Shown: positions 51,880 to 64,000 of the stretch, piece after piece | How positions within the stretch are numbered: position 1 is the stretch's first letter | How the letters are laid out: each line of letters begins with the position of its first letter | DNA from: Isurus oxyrinchus | Lineage: Eukaryota | Assembly (NCBI GenBank): GCA_026770705.1 | Contig: JANJGN010000007.1 | Coordinates: 69,192,001 to 69,256,000, forward strand | Direction: 5' to 3' | Length of the DNA: 64,000 bases | Notes under the pieces: generated by a model | Told to the model about the DNA's origin: nothing | Seen by the model: only the letters and a program-made list of their open reading frames with translations | The model's database searches: none | Made by a program: the position numbers and the translations under genes

Positions 51880-52020
51880 ACCCTCTACACAGCGCGGCTG
51901 ACAGTTGCTCTTTATCAGAGCAAGAAAAGGCAACCTCTCCAGCCAAGCAGATGTGGAGGGAAGTGACTGAGGAAGTCCACAGCAGGCATGTGCTCCCTCC
52001 AACCTGGAGACAGTGCACTG
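51880..52020 (+). mobile_element. Harbinger Myb/SANT-like ORF relic
   Basis: KQMWREVTEEVHSRHVLPPTWRQC resembles the trihelix W..V...V......RTW.QC motif. Confidence 0.5.
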
Positions 52021-54524
52021 ATCCAGGACCTCAAGATGAGTGACATAACAATTTCAAGTGCCAAACCTCTCACTCTCATTGTCCTAGCACTCCCCTGCAC
52101 AGCACTCCTCAGAACAGCACACCTTGCAGTTCCATATGTTCCCCTCTCTGCAGGCACCATACATCCCCATCTGAACAGCCAACACTCACATTCATCTCCA
52201 GCATTGCACTCTCGGATCCATTCTTCCTATACCCTCCATAAATGGTGTCTTTCTGTCCTCTGCACACAAACCATCATGAACACTCATAGCTCTCTGCTTT
52301 ATCTCCTTGCAGCAGAAGGGAGCAGACAATTTGGCCAGAGGCAGTGGTGCAGGGGTTGGATGGGTGGTCCTCAATCACTGCCACCTTATCTGCTTGTAGC
52401 AGTGCATTCCCAACTGATCCACTGGGAAGGAAGTTTAATTCCAGGAGGCCTCAGATGTCAGTAGTGACCTGCCGTGAGAACCTCAGCCTCCAGACATCTC
52501 AAGAGAGCTGATCCTCTGCATGTAGACCCTGTGTTGGCTGTGTTGCCTCCATCCAGCTGAAACTTTATCCATCTTCTCTACCCCGTGGAGGGGTATATGG
52601 TTGAGACGAAGGCTGCTGGCGTTGTTAGCGGTTGCTTGACCTCTGCTCTTCCTCTTCAGCAGAGTTGGGAGGTGGAACAGCAGAAGCTGCTTCCATGCCT
52701 TGGTGAAGTTGGGAAACAGAGAAGTGCAGCTGAAGGTAGGTAGAGTGTTAAACAGGAGAAGTGCCTTCCAAGAATTGGACAATCACCTATCAAGCAGTGA
52801 AAGTGTACTCTGAGAGACAAAGTACCTTGAGGAGAAGTCTCTTAATGACTGTGGCTGCAGCTCTTCAGTGTAACTGATCAAAATGTTTCCAGCTTGTCAG
52901 TTTCACTGAAGTTCTTCCCACTGTGCATTCGCCTTGATAAGCCTTGAGAGTTTCTGACACACTGGGGAAGAGGTTTCTATGGCTGGAAAATCCAGGGTTC
53001 AGGGCTGAAGCACCTCAAAATTACCTTCTTAACAACCTCAACACTTAATTACTCACTTGACAGATGCAAGAGGGTTCCCCATTTTCCTCAATGCCACCCC
53101 AGGAAAAGCTGGAAGAGGGCAGGATCAAGATCAGATCCTGATCCAACATCAATTTCTGGCACTTTCTTACCTCCTGCTCATCCCCAAACCCACATCCCAT
53201 CAGATGGAAAATTTCTGCCCTGAGTGTCATTATTAAACACTCTGAGCTCATGTACAATCCAAGCTATAAGTGCTGTGAAGCTCTCTCTACTCACCCAAAA
53301 AATGTATCTTAAAAGGACACAGCTGATCAGCTGGCATAGTTTTCATCATGACAATGTCAGGTGCAAGGGATTTTTGTTGTCCATGGTGTTATTGCATCTG
53401 AGCGTTTATCAAACAAATAAAAATTAGACATCTTTGAGGATCAAAGGCGGAACTCCCCAGTTAGACAAAGTGGGACACAACTATTCCCATACCAGCCACC
53501 TCTGAATGGGACGGACAATTGAATAGTTGAGGCTATCTAATATAAAGACACTCTTGAGAGGCTGGAATTTTCTAGCCCCATCGCAATGGGAACCGCCGTG
53601 GGAGATTTGGTGGCCCAAAAGTCCATTGACTTTCGGTGGGACTGGACGATCCCAGTGCCGTGTGCGGCCATAAAATCCTGAGTGTAATTTTCACCTTCAC
53701 TGCCTGGCTGATCCCCCATCTGTCATTGAAGCCACTGGATTTTCACCCCTCTGCCGAATCACTGTTGAGGTTGTGAAGGTGCCTGTTAATGCCAGAGAGG
53801 GATGAGACTTTTCTTACCAGCTGGAATTGCAATAAAACACAAGGCTATGAGGTGAAATTATAATGGTCAAATGTTATTCGTTTCAGAGGGACATTCTCTA
53901 TATTGCAATTTCTCTGGCCTCTATTTCTTTTACTGCTGACTCCCCTAGGAGTCCAAGATTCATGAATTGGCCTTTTTATAATATATCTGGGGTAGCAAAA
54001 ATAGCTTAGAGGTACTCCAGGTCTTGGAGCACAAACTCAGTGTGTATTTATGTCCTTCATCTGCAACAACCTGAATGGCAATAGCACTCTGGCCCTTAAT
54101 TGATAAGAAAAATACTTGTAAAGAAAGTTCAGTCCCAGTAGCAGAGTGCAATTCCAAATCTCAATGAGTTCAGCCGACAGAGATTTTGACACTTACCTAG
54201 ACATTGTTGGTCTGCAGGTACAGGGGTCATTTTATTAAAAAATCTCGAGTTATTTCCTTCTGGAGTACTTTGGATGAAAAGGACTTCTTTTTTAACAATA
54301 GACATGTAGTCTAGAGAGTTGGAAATTGAAGAGCTATGGGATTGTAGAAGAGAGTAAACCTCATTTGTGTCTTTATCCCCCTTCAATTATCTAAAATTTA
54401 CATCCAACTTTAACCTTTCTATCAAAGCATTCTATGCTATTCAAATATAAAATCACCATTTTTGTTGTATGCCACACTGTGCTGGTGCAGACCTCTGAAA
54501 TTTTTGACAAGTATGGATACTCAC

Positions 54525-54588
54525 CATTGACGACTTCGCTGAACTCGCCAGGAGGGGCCTGCAAGAGAATGCTGTTCAGGATGTTAAC
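54525..54588 (-). CDS. F-actin capping protein alpha-like, exon 2 equivalent
   Basis: tag/GTGAGT, 64 nt. Encodes VNILNSILLQAPPGEFSEVVN with the CAPZA APPGEF motif. Exon 1 was not found. Confidence 0.92.
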
Positions 54589-54687
54589 CTAAAAAAGCAA
54601 TCAACATTACAAAATGTAGTAGCTGCAATTTCACACAGAGGGAGCCATTCTATGTCATTCATGCAATGCACTGGAGTAAGATGAATA

Positions 54688-55372
54688 TTTTTTGTCCGTA
54701 AGCATTACCCAGACCTCCCTGTCGCTTGCCATTTCAACACTCCACCCTGCTCTCATGCCCACATGTCCATCCTTGGCTTGCTGCATTGTTCCAGTGAAGC
54801 TCAACACAAACTGGAGGAACAGCACCTCATCTTCTGAGTAGGCACTTTACAGCCTTCCGGACTGAATATTGAGTTCAACAATTTTAGATCATGAACTCTC
54901 TCCTCCATCCCCACCCCCTTTCTGATTTCTCCCCCCCCTTTTTTTTCCAATAATTTATATAGATTTTTCTTTTCCCACCTACTTCCATTATCTTTAAATG
55001 TATTTCTATCCATTGTTTTATCTCTACCTTTTAGCCTTTTTTTGATTCCTTCACCCCACCCAACCCAACTAGGTCTATCTGTACCTTGCTTGTCCTGCTT
55101 TCTACCCTTAATTAGCACATTCCTCAGATAATATCACCACCTTCAACACCTCTTTGTCCTTTTGTCTGTGACATCTTTTGGTTATCTCCACCTATCACTG
55201 GCCCTCTATCCAGCTCTACTTGTCCCACCCCCCTTAAACTAGCTTATATTTCACCTCTCTTCTATTTTTACTTAGTTCTTTTGAAGGGTCATTCGGACTT
55301 GAAACATTAACTGTTCCTCTCTGCAGATGCTGCCACACCTGCTGAGTTTTTCCAAATATTTTTGTTTTTGAT
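54688..55372 (+). mobile_element. older 5'-truncated Penelope copy
   Basis: GIY-YIG C-terminus (VRKHYPDLPVACHFN...GLNIEFNNFRS*), 3' UTR and decayed hammerhead motif. 11-bp TSD taagatgaata at 54677-54687 and 55373-55383. Confidence 0.88.
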
Positions 55373-56149
55373 TAAGATGAATAGCACCATCAGTTTGGGA
55401 ATGCAGTCATTGATTGTGTCAATGCACGACTAGTGGGAGCCCAAACTTCAGCCACAGCTCAAAGTGTAAATGTGCCTTGGATTATGAGGAAAGGTTAAGG
55501 AGACCCTCAGTGCCAGCATTGATTGGAAAAGGGGACAGTGCAAGGTGACCTAATTCAAGTTGATGGTCTAATTCAAATTTCCCAGATTACTGAGGGAATT
55601 AACATGGTTGATAGTGGCAAATCATTAACAATGATGGTAACTATGGATTTAAAAACCAGCCATGAAATTTTAAACTTTGGAAGACAGAGCTAAGACAGTA
55701 AGTGAGGTGAAACCTCCATTATTGGGTAGTAGAGTTGTGGGATAGTTTACTGAGAAGATTAAAGAATTGAACAATACCAGAAGTAATCAAACCTGTTTTT
55801 TTGGCAGTGACTTTTTACCAGCAGTGCACAGATCACACCTAGTGTCTGGAACTCAGCAAGTTAGGGGAGGAGAGTGCACAGCAGGAAATCATTGTGGTCT
55901 GAAACTGATTGAACAATAAAAGGGGAAAGTGTCAAGGCTGAAGTCAGCCATTGGTGGAGGCATGCCAATTCAGAAGGAACTCCTTGAAACTACTGTTACT
56001 GATAGGGTTGGGGAAAAAGAAGTTGCTGAAGGTTCCTCTCAATGGGGGAGAAGCTGCAATATCACCCAACTCATCCCAGGGAGAAGGGCCAGGAACTGGG
56101 AAAGGAGCATCAACTGCAGCATATAGAGCACCCATTTACAGCTGAACTT

Positions 56150-57050
56150 AGGCAGATAGAAGAAGGCACTATCTTTGCTATGTGGCCTACAGACATAGAA
56201 TTAACTTCTTGGACCTCTTGGAGCAGCAGTGCCTGCAAAGGCTGCAGCTCTAGTAATAGGTGATTTTTGGAGAAGAACCTGAGACCAGAAGAAACTCGCT
56301 TATTGCCCATGGTGGTCAGGGTGGCTGTAACACTGATTTCTTTGCATCTGGATCATTCCAGGGGTAGGCTGCTGACATCTACAACAGCTCACCATCTGTT
56401 TCACTCAGGTGATGGATGCCTTGAATGCGAGGGCATCAGACTACATCGCATTTGAGATAGATGCTGCCAATCAAGCCCAGAGGATTGGTGGCTTCGCCTA
56501 TGTGACAGGATTCTCTCAGTGATAGACTGTATTATGTGGCATCAGATCAGTCAGGTGCATTCGTAAATAGGAAGGGATTCCACTCCTTCAACATGTGGTT
56601 GGTGTGCAATCACTGCAAAAGAATCCTGCAAGTGTGTGCAGGGTTCCCAGGTAGCTGCCATGACACATTGATACTGAAGCAGTCTCAGGTGTCTCAACTC
56701 TTCAGGCCACTGATGGTTTCTGGATGGATGGTTCCTGGTTGACAGTGGATATCTGCTGAAGTCATGGCTGATGTCACTCATGCAGGAACCCTACCACAGA
56801 GGCATCATTTTATGGCTGGGAGAACCATTGAGCAGGCTGTTTGTTTGTTGATAATGCAGTTCTGGTCCCTTGACTGGTCTAGGGGTACCCTGCAATGTGG
56901 CTGTTTAAGGGTCTCCCGTATTATGGTGGTGTGCGGCACTCTGTACAACCAGGCACCGCAGAGAAGAGTGGAACTGATGCCAGAGGAAGATGCTGAGCAC
57001 TCATCATCCTCAGAGGAGGAGGTGAAAGATGCCAGTTGGTAGACAGAACA
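56150..57050 (+). mobile_element. PIF/Harbinger DDE transposase pseudogene
   Basis: [58 protein letters not shown] and an acidic tail. Frameshifted. The element probably continues beyond the CR1 at ~61710-62800. Confidence 0.85.
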
Positions 57051-57319
57051 TGTCAGTTCAGAAATCCCGCTGATGCCCATTAACTTGCATGCAGGGAAGT
57101 CTGTGACACTGCCATCTAGGCAAGATTCACCTGAGTCCAAGGCATGCAGATATACACTATTAGTACCCATGCCCCTGTGGCAACTGTTCTGACCCTTTCC
57201 CACATACCAATTCTTTTGCCTCAAGTAAGTCCAAGCCACAACCCCCCCACCCTCTAACAATGTGACCAATCACATTCCATGTGCTCACATCCATTCAGCT
57301 GCAAATGATCATTGTGTAA

Positions 57320-60300
57320 TATAGAAACATAGAAATAGAAACTAGGAGCAGGAGTAGGAAATTCAGTCCTTTGAGCCTGTTCCGCCATTCAATATGATCA
57401 TGGCTGTTCCTCTATCTCAACGCCATATTCCCGCTTTCTCTCCATACCCCTTGATGCCCCTAATATCCAAAAAATGATCAGTTTCCTTCTTGAATATACT
57501 CAGTGACTCGGCCTTCAGCCTTCTGTGGTAGAGAATTCCACAGGTTGACCACCCTCTGAGTGAAGAAACCTTTCCTGCTCTCAGTCCTAAATGGCCTGCC
57601 CTGTATCCTGAGACTATGGCCCCTGGTTCAAAACTCCCCAACCAGGGGAAACATCCTCCCTGCATCTAGTCTGTCTAGCCCTGTTAGAATTTAAACATTT
57701 CAATCAGATTCCCTCTCATTCTTCTAAACTCTAGTGAATACAGGCCCAGTTGACAGTCCTGCCATCCCTGGTATCAGCCTAGTGAACCTTCGCTGCACTC
57801 CCGCTATGGCAAGTATATCCTTTCTTAGGTAGGGAGACCAAAACTGGACATAATACTCCAGGTGTGATCTCACCAAGGCCTTGTCTAACTGCAGTAAGAC
57901 ATCCCTACTTCTGAACTCAAATCCTCTTGCAACGAAGGCCAACGTACCATTTGCCTTCCTAATTGCTTGCTGCACCTGCCTGTTTACTTTCATTGACTGA
58001 TGTACAAGGACACCCAGATCCCTTTTGTACATTCGCATTTCCCAATATATCACCATTTAAATGATAGCCTGCCTTTCTGTTTTTCACACTGAAGCATATA
58101 ACTTCACATTTATCCACATTATACTGCATCTGCCATGTTTTTGCCTGCACACACAACTTGTCTAAATCGCCCTGAAGCTTCCTTGCATCCTCCTCACAAC
58201 TCACAACCCCGCCCAGTTTTGTGTCATCAGCAAACTTGGAAATATTGCATTTGGTTCCCTCATCCAAGTTATTTATATATATTGTGAATAGCTGGGGCCC
58301 AAGCACTGATCTCTGCGGTACACCACTGCCTGCCATCCGGAAAAAAAAAACTCTCTCTTTCTGGTCTGTCAACCAATTCTCAATACATGCCAGTATATTA
58401 CCCCCGATCCCATGTGCTTCAATTTTGCCTACTAGCCTCTTATGTAGGACCTTATCAAAAGCCTTATTGAAATCCAAATACACCACACTCACTGGTTCTC
58501 CCTTATCTGTTCTACTGGTTACATCCTCAAAAAACTCCAGTAAATTATCTAAGCATGACCTTTCATAAACCCATGGTGACTGTCTAATCCCGTTAATGCT
58601 TTCCAAGTATTCTGTTACCATGTCTTTTATAATAGACTCTAGCATTTTCTCCACTAATGATGTTAGGCTAACTGGTCTGTAATTCTCTGTTTTTTCTCTC
58701 TCTCCTTTGTTAAATAGTGGGGTTATGTTTGCCACCCTCCAATCTGCAGGACCTGCTCCAGAGTCTATAGAATTTTGGAAGATGACTACCAATGCATCCA
58801 ATATTTCTAGGGCCACTTCCTTTTGTACTCTGGGACATAGATTATCAGGTCCTGGGGATTTTTCAGCCTTTAACCCCATTAATTTCTCTAGCATCATTTT
58901 TTAACTAATACTGATTTTCTTCAATTCCTCCCTCTCACTAGACCCTTGGTTCCCTAACATTTCTGGGAAATTATTTGTGTGCTCTTTTGTGAAGACAGAA
59001 CCAAAATATGTGTTCAATTCTTCTGCCATTTCTTTGTTCCCCATTATAATTTCCCCTGCTTCTGACCGTAAGAGACCTACATTTGTCTTTGCTAATCTTC
59101 TCTTCACATATTTGTCGAAGCTTTTACATTCAGTTTTTATGTTTCTTGCAAGTTTACTCTCATACTGCATTTTCCCCTTCTTGATCAATCTTTTTGTGCA
59201 CTTTTGCTGAATTCTAAACTAATCCCAATCCTCAGACTTGCTGCTTTTTCTGTCAATTTTATGTGTCTCGTCTTTGGATCTAATATTATCCCTAATTTCT
59301 TTTGTAATCCATGGTTGAGCCACCTTTCCTGTTTTATTTTTTGCGCCGGACAGGAAGGAACAATTGTTGTAATTCATGCATACATTCCTTAAATATTAAC
59401 CATTGCCTATCCACTGTCAATCATTTTTTAGTAAGGTTCCCCAATCCATCATTGCCACCTCGTGCCTCACAGCCTCCTAGTTCCCTTTATTTAGATTCAT
59501 GACCCTAGTTTTGGATTCAACTTCTTCATGCTCCATTTTAATGGACAATTCTATTATTTTATGGTTGCTCTTTCCCAAGGGACCCTGCATAACAAGATTG
59601 ATAATTAATCCTTTCCCATTGCACAATACCCAGTCTAGGATAGCCTGCTCTCTAGTTGGTCCCTCAACATAATGGTCTAAAAAATCATCACATACACACT
59701 CCAGGAAATCCTCCTCCACAGTATTATTGCTAGTTTGGTTTGTCCAATCTATATGTAGGTTAAAGTCACCCATGATTACAGTTATACCCTTACTACATGC
59801 ATCTCTAATTTCCTGTTTAATGCCTTCCCTTACATCTCCTTTACTGTTTGGAGGCCTATTGGCAACCCCTACCAATGTTTTGTGCCCCTTGGTGTTTCTT
59901 ATCTCCACTCAAACAGATTCCACATCATGACTTTCCGAGCCAATATCCTTCCTCCGTATTGCATTGATTTCCTCCTTTACTAACAGCGCTACCCCCTCTC
60001 CTTTCCTTATTTGTCTGTCCTTCCTAAATATCCTTGGTCACCTTGCAGCCATGGCTCTGTAATTGCAGCCAAATCATGTGTTTGTACCTATTTGCGCTGT
60101 TGATTCATCTACCTTATTGTGAATGCTCTGTGCATTAAGGTACAATGGCTTTAGACTTGTCTTTTTAACCTTGTTAGTCATCTTAGCTTTATTTTGCACT
60201 ATGACCCCATTTGTTTTTCACCCTTGTTTTTTCTGCCTCCCACTTTTGCTTCTTACTTTTCTGTCTTCCGTTTCTATCCTTGTTTCCTTCTCCTCTGTCT

Positions 60301-61560
60301 CCCTGCTCAGGTTCCCATCCCTGCCATTATAATTTAAGCTCTCCCCAACAGCACTAACAAACCACGCACTACCCACCCGAGAACATTGGTCCCAGTCCTG
60401 CCCAGATGCAACTCGTCCTGTTTGTACTGGTCCCACCTTCCCTAGAACCGATCCCAATGTCCCAGGAATTTGAATCCCTTCCCTCTACACCATTTCTTTA
60501 GCCACGTATTCATCCGATATATCCTGTTATTTCTACTCTTGCTATCACGTGGCACTGGTAGTAATCCTGAGTTTACTACCTTTGAGGTCCTACTTTTTAA
60601 TTTACGCCCTAACTCTCTATATTCAGTTTGTAGGACCTCATCCCTTTTTTTACCTATGTCGTTGGCACCAGTATGCACCATGACCGTTCGCCCTCCCCCT
60701 TTAGAATGCCCTGCAGCCTCTCCAAGACATCCTTGATCCTGGCATCAGGGAGGTAACATACCATCCTGGAGTCTCTTGCAGCCACAGAAACACCTGTCTA
60801 TTTCCCTCTCTATTGAATACCTTATCAATATAGTCCTTACACTCCTCTTCCTCCCCTCTTGTGCAGCAGAACCACCCATAGTGCCATGGACTTGGGTCCT
60901 GCTGCTTTCCCTTCAGACGTCCCCTCAACAGTATCCAAAACAATTTTTAATCAGTAAGAGAAGGGGACGGCCACGGCGGACTCCTGCATTACCTGCCTTC
61001 CTCCACTCTGCCTGGTGGTCACCCTTTCTGCCTGTTCGGTCTTTACCTACGGTATGACCACGGTGTGAAAGTGCTAACCACGACAATCTCACCATCGTGG
61101 ATGCCCTACAATGAATCCACCTGCAGCTCCAGCTCCAAAATGCAGTTAGCTAGTAGCTGCAGCTGGACACACTTCCTGCACACATGGTCATGAGGGACAC
61201 TGGAAATGTCCATGACTTCACACATAGCGCAGGAGGAGCATACCTCGTGTGCAAGCTCTGATGGCATGACTTGCCTTCTTCCCTTCCGATTAACTCGATA
61301 GTTACTCTCTTTAAAGAATATTAACTATGCTAAGGGCCTTATTCCACTCCAAATACTCCTGCTACAGTCCTAAGTTCTCACCTGATTTTGTTTAAGCTCA
61401 GCGGTTTAATTAGTAGAAAAAGTAGAAGCAGAAGTACTCACCTGACCCTACTTACCAATCAGCTGCCTCCCCTGCATCGTGTCACTTTTTGAATCATGAC
61501 GCCACTTCGAATTCCACCATCTGAAGGTCCTGAGCCTCTCCTCTCCGGTCAAAAACTCAC
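57320..61560 (-). mobile_element. near full-length decayed CR1 LINE
   Basis: ORF1 Cys motif HVCRKCVQLQLL (~61180) and SGNH esterase-like HTGANDI (60681). ORF2 endonuclease IMGDFN..IDW and RT YRPVSLTS, AFDKV, KFADDTKL. The 3' end is tttctatgtttcta. Confidence 0.93.
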
Positions 61561-63119
61561 ATTCTTCCAACCCTAACAGCAACTTTTAATTAATTGCTAA
61601 ATTAAAGAAAGCCTAGACTTTAGATAGAATTTAACCCTTAATTTAACCCTTAAACTCTCTCAGTCACTAATCTTCAAATAAAGCTCTCTACTGCAGCCAA
61701 ACCCAACACTCCTGGGGCACTAAGAATGATATGAGGCTAAACTGGTGGCCAAGAGAAATAGTTCTATTCCAATAAAGTTATCCATCATGACAATATAATG
61801 AAAGAAGGCACTCAAATGAATCCCATTGTGCAAATAAGTGTTTTTGAATTCTCTTCCTCGTACTTCTACATGGTTCTACTTATACGGTTGGCAGACCTGG
61901 AAAACGCTGGTTTATTTCTCTGCTCCATTGAATGAGATGCCCGTGGTACACACCCTCTGGGTTGCAGTGCCTGTGAAGGCCCCACCATAGATTAGCGCAC
62001 CTGCATCTGTGCATGGGCAGCCTCAGTCTTAGGGGTAGGCATAGCAATTGGGGCTATGTCAGAGGGGCTGAGGGGTCGGCTACAGACATGGGGAAGTGCA
62101 TGTGGGGGAGGGGGCCAGATGGGTTGGGGAGAGCCTCCACTGCCATTATCCCTGCCTCCCTCTGCCCTTTAAGGACCCCCACCTGTACTTCCTTGCTAAC
62201 CCAGAGTGGGCAACCACCAGGTTGGGTTTCCATGCTGCTCTGAGCCATCCCTGCATTGACTGATCAAATTGTTCATGGCTGCTGACATACTGTGGGGGCC
62301 ATTGCACTGGCACTACAGCCACTCCATCGACTGCCATATATGACTCTCCATGAGGGTGAGGTGGCCACTCTTTCAATGGAGGAAATGTGCACTCATACGC
62401 CTGAGTCACCACAGCACTCCTGGCATGGAAGGACTCCATCATTTTCTGCAGAAGGATGCGCACTGTCTCAGGAAACTCTGACAGATGCCCACACATCTCC
62501 CTCCGCTGCCCTGCAATAACCTGCTGTATATATGCACCAACCCAACCACCCCCCGCACCCCCCACCCCCTTCCCCTGCCTTCCTGCACAAAGCTCAGCAT
62601 GTCTTTCAAGCTGGGCATGATTGGATCTGTTCTCAGTCCTCCAGCGGGCATTCTCACAGTCATCACTGCCCCTATCAGCTGCTCCAGTTTACATATGAAA
62701 TCCCCCTTGCCTTGTGCCACCCTTTCTATTCACGAATGATGCCCCATCAAAGTGAGTGTATCTGCGCTGCTGGAAGGTGCATATGACACGTGTTGGTACA
62801 TCGTCAAAGTGCTGCTCTTCCTCAGAGATCTCTGGCATTGCCCGTTTTGGAGACAGGAAACTTCAGTTAATGAAGAACATAGGCAATAGTGGTTTCAGAC
62901 CCTTACATGCTGCTGATCTTGAACTGTATACTTATGGATACCACTGTCCAACTGAAGAAGCTGCTCATTCAATTATTATGTCATTCTTTCACTCGCTGCT
63001 CTTCAATCTCCCCTCAGCAAAGGCCTGGTCTGTGGCCATCCTTCCAATCTGTGGGGCTTCTTCCTCCATTGGCATCAGGATTGCCAGTAAGTGCACTCCA
63101 CACCAGTTTGACGCCCCTC

Positions 63120-63750
63120 CTGGACTTTATTAATAGGGGGCATAGAGTACAAGAGCAAGGAGGTTATACTGAATATATATCAGACACTCGTTAGACCTCA
63201 GCTGGAATATTGTGTACAGTTCTGGGAGACACATTACAAGAAGGATGTAAACACGTTGGAGAGAGTGCAGAAGAGATTTACAAGAATGGTTCCAGGGATA
63301 AGAAAATTTAGCTATAAAGATAAATTGGAGAGGTTGGGACTGTTTTCCCTGGAGAGAAGAAGGCTAAAAGGAGATTTGATTGAGATGTTCAAAATCATGA
63401 GGGGGCTGGACAGAGTACATAGGGAGAGGCTGTTCCCTCTCGTAAAAGGATCAAGAGCGAGAGTGCACAGATCCAAAGTGACTCGCAAAAGAAACAAATG
63501 TGATGTGAGAAAAAACTTTTTCACACAATGAGTGGTTCAGGTCTGGAATGCACTGCCTGGGAGTGTGGTGGAGGCAGATTCAATCGAGGCATTCAAGAGG
63601 GCATCAGATGATTAATGAATAGAAACAATGTGCAAGGATACAGGGAAAAGGCAGGGCAATGGCACTAGCCCATAATGCTCATTAGGAAAGCTGGTGCAGA
63701 CACGATGGGCTGAATGGCCTCCTTCTATGCCATTAAAATTCTGTGATTCT
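63120..63750 (+). mobile_element. CR1 LINE 3' fragment
   Basis: RPQLEYCVQFW, ERVQKRFTRMVPG, KNFFTQ, and 3' UTR. Confidence 0.9.
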
Positions 63751-64000
63751 CTCCTGGGAGTTATCCACTCTCTTACCTTGCATGAGAAAAAGAAGAGTGG
63801 GAATATGAAGGTTCCATGTGTGGATTATAAGACGCTTCCACATTTGATGGAATTCACTTTGGAATGGGGCACAAGGTCATCGTTTTAGGGCTGAATGAGA
63901 GTGTTGCCTGTGTATATGAAGGACAACAAAGGGAGTCATTCCCCAGTGTCGATGCAGAGTGTGTTTTTTTCTGCCTAATCCTGCATGAAGGACTGCTAAG

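Noticed and set aside
56536-57042. Domesticated HARBI1 gene
   Set aside because: Multiple frameshifts and stops indicate a decayed transposon copy.
61435-61460. Strong minus-strand donor sites (GTAAGT, GTGAGT)
   Set aside because: They lie in the CR1 5' region with no CAPZA-like coding sequence upstream.
61631-61653. ttaaccc telomere-like motif
   Set aside because: Only two imperfect units are present, in AT-rich sequence next to the CR1 5' end.
63770-63820. Minus-strand ATG...AG/GTAAGA as possible CAPZA exon 1
   Set aside because: The ATG frame ends in phase 2 while exon 2 needs phase 0, and there is no similarity to CAPZA N-termini.

Overview
This is eukaryotic, intron-rich vertebrate DNA. 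The repeat content (HE1-like V-SINE, HER1-like and CR1 LINEs, DeuSINE, Penelope tails) suggests a cartilaginous fish, most likely a shark (inference). Two spliced genes lie tail-to-tail. On the + strand are the last 7 coding exons of an acylaminoacyl-peptide hydrolase (APEH-like, S9C) with an intact Ser/Asp/His triad (362-24796). On the - strand are exons 2-10 of a divergent F-actin capping protein alpha gene (54588-25869). It keeps the CAPZA1/2 exon sizes but carries several residues typical of the intronless amniote sperm paralog CAPZA3. Introns are filled with CR1/HER1 LINEs, SINEs, a Tigger/pogo relic, Harbinger relics and MITEs, and a solo LTR. They also hold a young Penelope-like (RT + GIY-YIG) family that has inserted as large and small inverted dimers with clean TSDs and carries a minimal hammerhead-ribozyme motif with a non-canonical core. 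Reference protein and repeat comparisons are from memory, not database searches. Repeat boundaries without a stated TSD are approximate.
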